The notes beneath the pieces were generated by a model. That model was not told the origin of the DNA. It saw only the letters and a program-made list of their open reading frames with translations, and did no database searches. Positions 28,301 through 40,200 of a stretch of 64,000 nt of DNA are shown here, piece by piece. The stretch covers positions 26,722,001 through 26,786,000 of the forward strand of contig OZ281496.1 in assembly GCA_965637545.1 (NCBI GenBank), read 5' to 3'. Position 1 is the first letter of the stretch. Every line of letters starts with the position of its first letter. Source of the stretch: Phallusia mammillata. Taxonomy: Eukaryota. Both the position numbers and the translations under genes were made by a program.

Positions 28301-29677
28301 AGGGAATCACTACTTGCGATCGCTACTAAAAGCGAAAAAACGTACAATCGGAAATTTTTTGGTTTGTTTTTGTTAGAAAATCGGCTTAAATAAAAATTTC
28401 GAGACTCTCAAGATTCTCGAGAAAAGAATTTTTAATTTCTTGTTTCTCGAGAAATGAAAAAGTCGAGAAATAGAGGAACCCTAGTAATCGTACTCGGTAT
28501 CGAAGGTATACATATACATGTGGTACTCGTACTCGGTATCGGTACTCGCTTCAAAACCTGGTATCATCCCATCACTAATGCTAATTATATTTTTTTCAGA
28601 TCCTGAAAAAATGCAAACAGCTAGGGCTGTCATCGTTTGGTTGAGGGTTTATAATCAAATTAACACTATTTTATATTCAAATCTCAGATAGCCCGGCTTA
28701 GCAGGTGCTAAGCAGGCTAGGTGGGCTTGTAGTTTTAGACAATATGCTCACAGACTTATGCATCAAATGAGCTAAATTTGTTTCTGGTCAAAACCAAATA
28801 TTCGACATATTACCAAAAAAGATGGCAGAATTAATTGAATCATTTGTGACAATGCATGAAGTTGTATGCATCACCTGTACAGAAACACATATGCACTACC
28901 CCTAAGCCCTTGTGCAAGATCAATTTTGGGTAAAAAGCAATTGACAAAGATGTCAAGGCAGACAATTGAATGCATTTGTTGCAAAATTTCAGGATGTAGT
29001 TGTCAAAAATTGGTGTGCAAAAACTTTTTTTAAACAACTTGCTTGTGCAGCTGCCATACTCTGCAGACCGGATTCTTGGTGCATATAATTAGGCAAAAAT
29101 AACACACTTTATACTTCAAAGTTGTTTTTGCAAAAGTTTGGCTTTGAAAACAAATCTTTAACAAAGTGCTAAGTCAAGACAGTACCATGGTTGTGCACAA
29201 AATAATTTTCCAAGGTTATATACATAAAAAAGTATATTTTGGTTGATAATGAAAGATATCCTTACCTTGAACTGGACAAGCTGACTTTGGGTCTTGGAAT
29301 GTAGCTGCCTCTAGAATTCTGGTTGTTATCAAATCTAAAATTAAAATTTTGCAACAAAAAAACACATGTAAATATATTTTGTTACCTAAGTGATGAGCAC
29401 AGAAGCTAACACTGATTAAATTAATTTGTAATTCAAATGTAATGTTTAATTTTTTTAAATTAGTTTTTTATTTATTTTTGGCAAATTTTTGGTTTATTAT
29501 ATTTTGTCTGTGAGCAAAATATGAAGCAAACCTGCTGGAATTGTTGTTGACATTTCGCTTTTGAGCTGTAGACGCAAGTAATGGTTTTGGCGTCTCGCTG
29601 TGCAAGGTGATGTCACAATTCATATTGTCCGTGTCCGAAAGCACAATCGAGTTTCTTCCGTCAAATTCATGTTCCAT
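4337..29677 (-). CDS. CEP192: Centrosomal protein of 192 kDa (Spd-2 family), multi-exon
   Basis: The last exons splice in frame: about 5181-5072 SDIYISENSYTFEKTAVGQSSLLKIPIKNKGKTAHT, 4910-4852 VKFVNIRPPFHTAHLKHTVR, and 4466-4337 SMHCANLPITFKPTSIGSFTGTLVVQTENGDTINVTLKATAC*. These match the C-terminal ASH/Ig-like domain of CEP192. Also present: STYAAFVF..SGRLEPG..QVPVTFNP..GMYTQHWEIE (about 6550-6680), KIVNRS...VVWPGHYLTITPNRGRVEP (about 8430-8530) and NAISNMSSSMNNEELAKFIVALSN (about 22140-22220). The start at 29677 (MEHEFDG) and the internal exon list are less certain. Confidence 0.9.
14977..15377 (+). mobile_element. hAT (Ac-like) MITE, 401 bp, in a CEP192 intron
   Basis: TIRs TAGGGATG...CATCCCTA, perfect 8-bp TSD ATAACCAC, and subterminal CTCGG/CCGAG repeats. 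Confidence 0.9.
16323..16653 (-). mobile_element. hAT MITE of the same family as 14977-15377, inverted, with internal deletions
   Basis: TAGGGATG...CATCCCTA termini, and the interior is the reverse complement of the 14977 copy. No matching TSD. Confidence 0.85.
22902..23289 (+). mobile_element. hAT MITE, third copy of the same family
   Basis: TAGGGATGGGCC...GGCCCATCCCTA termini, TSD ttaactac/ctaactac (7 of 8 match), collinear with the 14977 copy. Confidence 0.9.
27698..28577. mobile_element. hAT MITE (middle layer of the nest)
   Basis: TIRs TAGTGATGGGA...TCCCATCACTA, TSD ttgctaat/atgctaat (7 of 8 match), and tactcggt subterminal repeats (a fragment of similar sequence lies at about 8350-8400). 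Confidence 0.85.
28003..28483. mobile_element. hAT MITE (innermost), 481 bp
   Basis: TIRs TAGAGTTCCT / AGGAACCCTA, perfect 8-bp TSD GTAATCGT, and many (tt)ctcgag(aa) subterminal palindromes. Confidence 0.9.
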
Positions 29678-30130
29678 GATTCAAAATTTCGATTTCATAA
29701 CCGAAAATACGCAAAAAAAACAGAAACGCTAGCTGATCAACTGAAAAACCAACCACAAGTCAATCAAAACAAAACCAGCAATGTCTTTAATTGCGCGAAA
29801 GGCAAAAAAATAAGTGATGTTTCGTTTTATCCGTAACCGTTAATCACAAAAATATTTTTTAAACTGGCGCGAATCAACAACAAACATAAAGCACAATAAC
29901 TGCACCGCCTGTGGTACATTACGTACCGTTTTTTTCTAAACAGCATTTTATGAGAAAGAAACGTTTTCATGAAAAACAAGGCACTTGTAAACGAGCATGA
30001 AATGTATTTTATCCTAAAACGCATTTGAAATCGCAATAATGGAAAAGTATATAAAGCAAACCAATTAATTCAAAGTTTACATTCACAATAGACGTTTCAG
30101 GTTTCAGCATCCAAATTTTAAATGGACGTA
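29678..30130. promoter_or_regulatory. Divergent promoter region shared by CEP192 and TMEM177
   Basis: Head-to-head arrangement: the CEP192 ATG is at 29677 (minus) and a plus-strand exon ends CAAG|GTAAGC at 30166. Confidence 0.45.
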
Positions 30131-30835
30131 AAATGCTTAAGTGGTTTTCTGGGTTTAAACCTCAAGGTAAGCGATTGAGTAAAAATTGGCCAAGCTCTCT
30201 ATTGATTGACAATACATTTTCCATCCGTGTAAATATACTGGACCCAGACGGTTCCCCCGGTGAATCAACTTTTAAAACGGGAGGTTTATAAGTAAAATCA
30301 ATAGTGTTAAAATATCCTAGATGAAAATGTATTTCGGAAAACTAAGCACCTGGTTGGAACATTGAGTTCAAGGTCAGTTTATCCGCATAAACTTGTCAAT
30401 CCTGTTTCTACGTACTTTCTTCTGGAATTGGGGATTTCCCCCCAAGAATGCTTGATTGACAGTTTCAGCATGAGATTATACTGTGGTTTCATAAAGCTTG
30501 TTTTTGCTTTGTTTAAAAAATAAGCCTGCCAAGTTTATAGAGCCCTTAAACTTAAAATTATGCCTGGCAGCAACAGCTTATCTATTAAGCTTGTGTTAAG
30601 TGACAATACCAACGTGATAAGTTTCAATTTCATAGTTAATTTGCAACTATTGTAAGATTCGCTTTGTTTTAAAAGACGTTTTGTTTACATTCCGATGTAT
30701 ATTATTTTATATTGATATATGCACACTACAATCTACAAATTAAAGGAATTTTGTAAGCACCAAGGCATCTTCACAATTACAACACTATTTGCAGCAAATG
30801 TTGAACAGCATAAGTTAAACAAGATTTTATATTAA

Positions 30836-31762
30836 ATGGATGTATTTACGAAAGCATACAAAGCATTCTATAAATCAAGGCGTTGGACTGGTACGATTTT
30901 AGCCACTGCATTGGCTGCGAAAAATGGTGTCCCACATCTGTTCCCAACACATGGATTTATGCCTTTTCATGCTTCATTTATGGGATCACAGTTTCCACTG
31001 GACCATATGGTATTGTTGCTAAAATCAACCAAGGCTGAACTAGGAGTAACTGACCCAGTTTTGCCATTTGTCACAACCCGAGCTGATGTTGTAAGTGCAG
31101 GGTTTTCCGCTTTCTCGAAGATTAAACCACCATCTTCTATTGGAATTCCAAAAAATTACTTCTGTAGCAATATCTTTGAGCTAGACGACCTAAACATTAC
31201 AGTTGGAACAAATGAAAAGAAGCTTACAACGTATGGCCCTAGTGAACGTATGTTACTTGAATCACTGATACTGTCAGAATCTGCTCAAAAATTTGCCATT
31301 GCTCGGCATATTGCCTATTTAAAGCAAAACTGGGCAATTCTGCAGTCATTCCTGCCTAGTTTTTTCGTTGCACTTGGTTATGTAGCATGCTTTATTGGGC
31401 CAAGATTGCTTTTCAGTGGTACCTCACCAGTTTTTATACTGACTATTGTTCGCTATACAATTGCATGTATTTTTATAACATGGGTTGCGTGTAAACTAGC
31501 CAAGGCCATGTTGACTCATAAAATAGTCAACTCTGTTGATCGGAAAGCTGCAATGATATCCAAAGAATATGCAGAAGGTGGAATTGAATATTATGAAAAG
31601 CTTTGCTCTCGGAATAAGGCAAACCGAGCACTGCTGGGCAAGAAAGGTGAAAAAATGTTCACAGTGTTTGGTAACCAAGTTGATGGACTACTTGTAAACT
31701 GGAATGGACCAACTCTAACAGAACGAATTAGTAACATTAAAAATATTTCCAAAAGTTTTTAA
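30836..31762 (+). CDS. TMEM177: Transmembrane protein 177 (mitochondrial inner membrane, COX2 assembly), intronless CDS, 308 aa
   Basis: Motifs ILSESAQKFAIARHIAYL, DRKAA....YAEGGIEYYEKL and RALLGKKGEKMFTVFGN match the recalled human LSREAQKFALAREVVYL and GGVEFYEKLLSGNLALRSLLGKDGEKLYTPSGN. Confidence 0.92.
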   Translation: MDVFTKAYKAFYKSRRWTGTILATALAAKNGVPHLFPTHGFMPFHASFMGSQFPLDHMVLLLKSTKAELGVTDPVLPFVTTRADVVSAGFSAFSKIKPPSSIGIPKNYFCSNIFELDDLNITVGTNEKKLTTYGPSERMLLESLILSESAQKFAIARHIAYLKQNWAILQSFLPSFFVALGYVACFIGPRLLFSGTSPVFILTIVRYTIACIFITWVACKLAKAMLTHKIVNSVDRKAAMISKEYAEGGIEYYEKLCSRNKANRALLGKKGEKMFTVFGNQVDGLLVNWNGPTLTERISNIKNISKSF

Positions 31763-32189
31763 AAATTGTGTCATCTAATCAACTGTCATCTTACTGCTTT
31801 TTATTACAATAAACTTGTCAAACAATTCTACTTTTATAACAGGCTAGCAAATAACACACATATATTCATGATCTTTTCTTGATCAAACATTGCAGTAAAA
31901 TTGCACATGTAAAAGATCTTATCTGTAGATATTGAAAGTCAACATGAAAACACCTTCCACAATATTATTCAGGCAGAAAGTTGAATGAAGTAATATATTT
32001 ACAGTTAGTAAAGCGCAATGCAATAGTATACATCAAATTGTACTGGATGAAAATATTTACTGTGGTGTTTAAATATAAAGGTTAGAGCATATGAGAGATT
32101 TTACCCTCACATTAAAACGAATATTTACAATAGATATGCAAACATAACAGAGAAAAATCCTTGACATTAGTAGTAATACCTTCATGGTA

Positions 32190-35100
32190 CTATTCGTTTA
32201 AAATGCCTGCCATAATAGAATCCAGTTCATGGGGCGTTGTCCACTTTTTAGGAAATTCACCCACCAATTTACCATGATCAATCTTTTCACTATAATCGCT
32301 TGCCTGATCATTCAGGGAGGTTTTTAGTTGCTTACTTAGCCCAGGTACATCCAAATCTACTGGATTACTATCATCTACCTCACTGTTGACACCAAACATA
32401 GGCATTTCACCATTCAAAATGGAGGTAAGCTGTTGGGTTAAGGCCTGAAATGGCAAGGGTTGAGGCACCTCTACATTACACGTAGTGGTTAAGGCATTTT
32501 TTTCACTGCGATAAATGATGGCATCGATTTCACAGGCAAGAACATCAGCTGACCAAGGTTTACGCACTTCAGAAGTCATCTCTGAATCAGTAGAAACATA
32601 ATCGCCAGACAAAATTTGTTGGAACTGCATTTCAAGTGACAAAATTTGCTCATCAAAGCGCTTTTGCCCTTGAGAGCAATTTTGCATACTAGGATCATTA
32701 TCAATGCATTCCAAAGACTGGTCACCATCGATGATTGCATCAAATGCATTTCCAATAGCTGTCACAAACAGCTGGGGCCTGTCATCACCAGACAAGGACT
32801 GCCTACCACATTGCATGTCACAAATGCAATCATCAAATGTTGCACATGTTTCATTAGCTTTGCAAACATCTGCCAGCAATGGCCCAAGAACAACAGCATC
32901 ACCTAGGAGTACAGGCAATCAATAAGAGATGAGCAATTGTTTAATCCTATTTATTATAATAGATCATAAATTTTTTTTAAAAAATGACATTATAACAAAT
33001 CTAGTTGACCTATTTACAATGTTTGGTATGCAGCTTGAAGCTGAGATGAAAAATGTTCTTTTCAGATCTCAATTTTGTACTTACTGAAAAATTGGTTAAG
33101 ATCTTCAATTGCTACTCCAGGCTTAGAACAGGAGTCACCATGACACAACTTTCCACAATCAACAAAATCCTTAGCTCCCTGTTGAACAAACATGTTTTGA
33201 CAACTAGGTTTTTCTTTATAATTTGTAACAGACACATTACACACTGTATGGTAACTAAAAGCACAGTTTCAGATGGCATCCCAAGATATACATACAAAAT
33301 CAAGTTAATTCCATATCTGTGTGTATATCAAATAGGGATCATGAATCCTAACAGTTGCCATTTAGTCAGATAATCATCAAGTTAGTTGCACGATCCAGGT
33401 AATTGCATAAAAAGTTTGGCAAGTTATTTATGCAATTAACCACATAACTTCAAAAGCTACAAGATTTGCTGTGAAATGCCACATGTTTCATAGCAATACA
33501 ATACAAGTACGAACAATAAACTTCCCAAAAGAAATTCAGTTTCTTTTAGGGTAATGATAAACCAAAACAAAAAGCAAACATTATGGCATAATCACAATCC
33601 AGTTGCTATAGTAAAAAACAACCTACATGTTTAGCTGTTGTGATGTCTAAATCGTTTTCCCCAAGATCCCAGGAACAATCAGAAGAGGCATCATCCACAT
33701 GCAAAGCATTGCTAGTCACATTACCAAATCGCCGGATCATGTTGGACATAGCAATATCATCTGAATTGAAAGTTATTTGTGGGCTCTTGTCGGCCTCTTG
33801 GCTAGTCCTGCAAAAATTGTATGGGTAAAAACGACGTAAATAATTACAAAAAGCAGAAAAACGTGTAAAAACCGTTGTAGTGTAAGTTTCTTGTATTAAA
33901 ACTTAAGGACTTAGGATAAAACCCTGCTAATTATTTATGGGTCTGTACATTGTTTGTTAAACTAAATGTGTTTGTTTTGGTTTATTTATGTAATAATAAT
34001 ATCGGTACTGGAGTGTAGGCAATAAAGCACTACTTGATCCATCTACTAGGCGCACGATCGATTTATGAGGGAAAAAAGGGATTTAAATTGCGCCTTATGG
34101 TCCGTAAAATACGGTAGGCTTAACACCAAGTCCTGTGTTGTAAACATTGTTGTGAAGCAAAAGCTTCCTGTCCAGTATTTAGTTTTGTACACAGCTTACC
34201 ACTTCCTTTGCTGAACAAAACCAGTTAATCTAATAAACCACAACTCAAATACTTACAAATTCTTGTAGGTATTAATCAAGTTGGACACCAGTTTCTCAAA
34301 GTTTTTGCAATCCTTCAGCTGGGAAAATTTGCTCGCTTCAATGCAGCACAAAAGCTTGCCTTTTACCTAAAAAAAATACAAAATACATAGTAAAGTTGTA
34401 CAAATAGGGTTATATGGTGTAAAGCTGTTGTCACATTAGGTTTCATAATTAAAAAGTCAACGACCACAAAATGAAATTGTGCAATGATTATAGTTTACAC
34501 AAGACGTTTGACAGTAAACATGTTTTGTCGGCAAGTCATGATAATTGGTTTGTATATCACAAAAACAAGTGTGGTTTCAATGCTATAATATTGTATTATA
34601 TTAGACAACACCAAAGTGTAGTTACCTCTGCAACTTTTTCTGCATTTTTTTGTGAAACCAAAGTAAGACATTCAGTTATGTTATCCACTTGGTCTAATAA
34701 CCACTGCTCTCGTAATTGCAGTTGGTGTTGTTGGTTAGAAAAGGCAGCATGTATCTGGCTTTTTACCTTAACAACAACTTAATAAAGTCAGAGAAATATT
34801 ATTTCTACTGTAGCATTACGCAGAGCCTGTAAACATGAGTCACTGCAATGACTAGACAGTACAAGCAACAGGCACATCACGACAAAACAACAGGAATCCC
34901 TAACATGTTTATAAATAGACACTACTGAAGCTGTATATATAATATTTTCAGGAAGTAATTAGTAAATTAATTGTAATCACTCTAAAACAATGCATATTTA
35001 AAACATTTTCACTGTATGTTATTGTTTGTTGTCATATAATATTGATGTCATACAAAATGCAATATTATGCCATGTATGTCATTTAAAATGTTTTCCAAGA

Positions 35101-35350
35101 AGCAAAAAAGCAATTAAACTGTCTAGCTTTATTTTTACATAAAGACAATGCAAAGATTAAGGAAATCAATAACAAACAATGCCATAAAGTTTCACAGAAT
35201 TATCAATTATCTGTTCAATAGTTTGTTTCCACTTCCAAAAACCGTTACCTGTTGAATATCCGCATGCAAGCAATCTCCAGAATCATACCGGGCAGTTGGC
35301 TGCTTTAGGGTTTCAGTAATAGCATCAGTAACAATATTTTTACCAGACAT
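32190..35350 (-). CDS. NCOA4: Nuclear receptor coactivator 4 / ARA70 (ferritinophagy cargo receptor) orthologue, 5 coding exons, 399 aa
   Basis: Exons 35350-35249, 34366-34257, 33807-33627, 33178-33085 and 32902-32190 join in frame (1200 nt). DIQQVKGKLLCCI resembles NLREVKAQIHSCI; ITFNSDDIAMSNMIRRFGNV resembles LLFEADTITLRQTITTFGSL; GVAIEDL resembles GVEIENL; DVCKANETCATFDDCICDMQC resembles [21 protein letters not shown]. A non-coding first exon has its donor near 35810. Confidence 0.85.
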
Positions 35351-36545
35351 AGTAAGATTTTACTGACGATTATCTTTGGTTCTGTAAATAGAAAAAGACT
35401 GGTCAACCAAAGTACAAAGGAGGCAAACAAAAGCGGGGAAAAAATCTTTCGTGTTAAAAATATTTGGCATTTAATCCTTTGTATATCTTTTTTAAACGTT
35501 TACACTACTAAACTTTGCGTTTTTATAACGGTCATCCTACGAAAAAATTATTTCGTAATCTCAACTAAAAATTTAAGGCAAAAAATAAACACCAGACTCC
35601 AGAGTAAATTTAAGTTTAAGCTTCTACATATATTTTGTACAATCGGATAGATGCAAGCTTTATTTGCATAAGATCAAAGTCTAAACATCGTTAAAAACTT
35701 GCTGACTAGTGTTAGATGCAGACGTAATTCGCACTCGCGAACGCCGAGCAGAGCGCCATTTCTGTCTCCCGCTTGTCACGTAGTCCCGTACCGACATTCA
35801 CGTTACATACCTGTGGCTGTGCATCATTTTTCTTGCAATCATGTGAATGCATTTAAAAAATAGGATACAACTATCCACAGCATTAGTGAGTCTTTAAACG
35901 CATATTTAACAAAACAACAAAAACAAACGAATGTTTAGAACGTGCACGTTCCACTTTCATGACCTTTGTTTGTTTACGTTTTACTGAACACGTCACGCTT
36001 TAATGACGTTAGTGTTCCACAAAATATTTCCAAAAGAAAATAAACGAAGGTGTTTCCAATTTATTAATTTTTTCAGTTATGTTTTTTCGAAGTTGTAATA
36101 TAGAAAAAACATCTGCCATCATGTTAAAAAAACAAAAAAGACGGACAACATCAGATTGAGTAAGACAAAAAAACAAAGATAAGTAGTAGCTAAAGAGGTA
36201 ATCAAACATGCGTATCAAAAAGGTCGAAATACCTGAAAAGCTTTGAACGTAAACGACGAAACCTTAGTTTCGCTGTTGCTATGTGCTGGCAATGGAAAAA
36301 GTTAAGGACCAAATGTACAACTACATGGGACGGAAGTGAGAAATAGCATTGTCCTCTCTACGTGCATATAAGTTGAGTGTATTAAGATGCATTGTATCAG
36401 CCTGGTGCATATTTATTGTTGTTGTGCTGTAGTTCGCATTGTTTTTGACAGTATTTGTGTCGTGTCACAAAGTTCCCACATTCTACAGTTATTTCTGTAC
36501 CAATTTAGCTCCATCAAAACTATGCGATTTAAATTTAGTTTCTTA

Positions 36546-36707
36546 ATGTGCAAATTATACTCAAAAAGAGTGGCAGACGATAAGTGTGAGTGACAACCTT
36601 TATTTATGAAACAAACATATTAATTTCGCCTCTCTAGGCATCGTCAATTTCCGTCGTTGACACTGACGCTAATCGTCTGCCACTCTTTTTGAGTATAATT
36701 TGTATAT
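36546..36707. repeat. Foldback inverted repeat, stem of about 50 bp (31 bp perfect)
   Basis: caaattatactcaaaaagagtggcagacgat (36551-36581) is the exact reverse complement of 36672-36702, with imperfect extension on both sides. Confidence 0.9.
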
Positions 36708-37283
36708 TTGATAAGTGAAGACAGCTCAGTTGGTTACCACCCTGTTACACAGACTGATTCTTGTAGTCTGCGATGACATTTCACTTAGGTTCTCAATGTG
36801 CATCGACGATGTCAGGATAAAACCAACAATATATCAGTGGTTTTAAGTAAAAAGGATTTCAATTTAATTCAGGAGTGCGATTTTCCACCACAATTTGTAG
36901 GTAATATAAAAAAGGTTATTGACATTTTCCATCGCCCTACAGCTTAATTTTTCTAAAGCAACTTCGTTGCCTAAAGAAGCAAGCTTTTACCAATAGCTGC
37001 CAACACTATTGTACAACAGATAACACGCGAACAATGCCGGGATTGAAATTGCTGTTTTCTCAAAGTCATGGTCTTGACTTTGTAAGGTGGTGTGGTGTAT
37101 TATCGAAACAGTTTGACGAATTAGACACAAGATTACGTGGCGCAGGTCTCCTTTTCAGCTTGGCGCGTTGCCAAAGCCTTGCAGTATTTTGCAGTTACAA
37201 AATAGGCAACTTATGACAAATCAAGTATTGCTTTTTCAGACAAACAAAAAACGCCAGTGGGTATAAGATTTTAGTAAATAACG

Positions 37284-40200
37284 ATGGCAAACTATTCAAG
37301 AATACCATCAGGTAAGTTTAGTTGATACTAACTGAGTTGAAAAACGTACGTATCTCTAAAACATATTGTACGTTAGTTAAATAGTCTTTAAAAAGCGTCA
37401 CACAGTCTCCTGTTAAGCTTTCTGCAACTGAACACAGTCTAAAATACAGGGCTTTGTGTAATTTGGCTAACGTTTTTTACTTGTTTAGATGAGGCATTAA
37501 TTGGCGATGAATTCTGCAACGAAGAAATTATTAGTAAGTTTTTAAGCACCAGTAAAATTCTTATTTAAAGTGTTGGTTGTCATACGTGCAGGACCTTGAA
37601 GTCCCTAGACCTTAAGGAACCTTAGCCTATATGCAAAAAAAAATAAACCTAAAACTTATTAGTTGACATGAAAACCCCACAACCCAGCATATCACACATA
37701 TTTTCAACTTTAGAAATATACGGCAAAGGCTCAATAAAGGCATTTTTCCGTTTAGGTGCGCCTTTGTGCAACGATGGAATACAAACAGAAGATCACCTTG
37801 ATTACAGACGGTACGCCAAAGTTTTGTCCCATCATTTAAAACAAGCTAGAGGGCCACTTTCAATCGGAATTTTTTCTGCATGTGGAAATGGAAAATCATT
37901 TCTGCTCAGGCTGACAAAAGGTTGGATTCTGTAAAAGTAAAAAAAATTCTAACACAAATGCACCTTTTTCGTTTAATCAGTATTTTCAAAATCTCATCAT
38001 ATAGGTATAGGCTAACACAGGGGTCGGCAACCCCTGGAGATGGTTTTTCATGGCAAGTCAACCGATTTGCGTGTTCATATGAAGTAACAATTTACCCTGT
38101 TACACTGCTTGTTTATGCTTTTTATCATGCCATTGTCTCAAAATTCAGCCTTACATGCACAAAACACTCTGCTTTCTCTTTATTATTGATATGCGCTGGC
38201 ACGAACCACAATTATTTAGAAAAACGTTGGCACGCGAGGTCATTAACACATGGAAATAACAAGTAAGCCAAAAAGGTTGCCGACCTCTGGGCTAACAGCT
38301 GTTTTGGTTCATAGATCCAGTAAAAAGTATTCTAATTCGATGGAAATGATCGAATCTTCTCCAATTTACGACCATTTATATATCAATGTGTGTGTCCTGT
38401 GACTACCTTTTGTTATCATTTTCCAGAACTACTAACTACAAAAGAAACCAAAACAAAGACAAATAAGCTCCGGTATGTTTTCTTTGGATTTTTGTCGCTT
38501 GTGGTGTTTGGTTTGCTCATAGCTGCTCTTGCACATACAATTGAATGGTTACAAATCGTGGCTGTAGCGGTTGGAACCGTATTTGCAATTCTAATGCTGT
38601 TGCTATGTGCCACAAGCAAATCGGAAAGCAATGGGCCATATTGGAAAGTTCTTTTCTGTGCCGTCTTTAGCAACATGCCACGTTGCATAACCCCAACTAA
38701 CAACAGGTAATTAAGTTAAATAAACTTTTATCAGAGGTGCGGTATTTGTAGTGCATTTCACACTGATTTTCGTTACTTTGTTTATATTATCTTCTCCACA
38801 ACTAAGATTATCTATTCCAAAAGCGAGATACCTGAATGCTAAGATAAAATAATTATATCATACCAGATAACAACAAGCCCATGATGTGTGCACTTTAATA
38901 TAACTGCTCAACACCACATGTGTAATTCTCTACCCATCAAATTGGTGCAAGTCAAAACAGATTGTTTCCTCTAGAAAATTTATCCATGTTGATTTCAATG
39001 TTTGGGAACATGGCGGAAGTCACGACATTTCGGTTGCGATCGTCACTTCCGTTGTTGATCGCGTGGAAAAGAAATTCGGATCTTTTACCGTTAGACTTTT
39101 CCGATCAATTACTTTTAAGGAATCTCAGATTGAAGCTCAATTCAAAGGTTTGTTATAATTGCACAACAATGAATTCTATACTAAAGGCCATCACAGTACA
39201 CCAGTCCCATTGAAGGCGCCATAATGATCGAATCAGCCGGTCACCAAATCAACTGGCGTACTGTGATTTATATATGAGTGTGCCGTGATCGCTGCACTGC
39301 ATAGACGCTTCGGGGCTGATCCCAGTTATGAGTTTATGTTCATCTTCTCACAAAAGCGTTTTAACCAAAATCGATTTTTTGCAGGTTTTTGTTGCCATTT
39401 CTGGCATTATGGAACCAAAGTTATATGGGTGTCCATTGCCTTTGTTGTGGTTCTATTGCTTTCTCTGTCAATTGGAAAGTTTGACGTGGAAAACGTACGT
39501 ATTATAATGTTTTAAAAAATACCTTTTTTAAATATTAAAGCAATTTTTTATGCTTTTTAGAACTTTCATTTGGCTCTTTGGACTACGCCTACCGCTGTTG
39601 GTGCTTTGAGTGCAATTTGGGCGGCATTGAAAATAATCTACGCCCTTTGCAATTCACAAAGAGCCCGCATAAATAGAGCTCTTAACCGGACAGGGAAAAG
39701 CTTGTCTGAAAAACAAGATTTTATGAAGCTAGTTAAGAATGAGGTTAGAATTTTTCAGTGTGATTACCCTGATGAAGGTGACTTGAATATATCTATGGTT
39801 AAAACAATACACTTGTCATTAAAGCATTATTTATTCCTATCCATAATCAAATACCAAACAATTAATGTACCACCCAGTATACATGCAAAGTTAGTACTTC
39901 AATTGTTTGCTTTTAGGTCAAAGTAGTGTCTAACTTTCTACGTTCCGTTGAATATGTCTACGACCAACAATACAAGATTGTGGTGGCAATCGACAACCTA
40001 GATCGTGTCACACATGACAAAGTAAGTCGTTAAAACGTTTTTTTTTTAACTCAAATGCTAAGAATAAGGACAACAAAAGTACTTCGACCATTCGACCTTA
40101 AAGAGGCGTCATACCAAATTAGCAGATAACCATCAAGCATTTCCATGTAGCGAGGCGTAGGAGACTTTACTAACTGAACTATAAAGGCTCCGTGATGAGC

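Larger units (their letters stand above)
27388..28740. mobile_element. Degenerate outermost TIR element hosting two nested hAT MITEs
   Basis: Left end tctaaactacacaccacttagccc resembles the reverse complement of the right end aggctaggtgggcttgtagttttaga. Internal cttagc/gctaag repeats occur on both sides. Confidence 0.5.

Noticed and set aside
35249-35350. Death-effector-domain reading of the NCOA4 N-terminus
   Set aside because: Better explained by ARA70 similarity in several collinear blocks.
35351-35385. Iron-responsive element in the NCOA4 5'UTR (CAGTAA)
   Set aside because: The loop is not CAGUGN, and no 5-bp upper stem with a bulged C can be formed.
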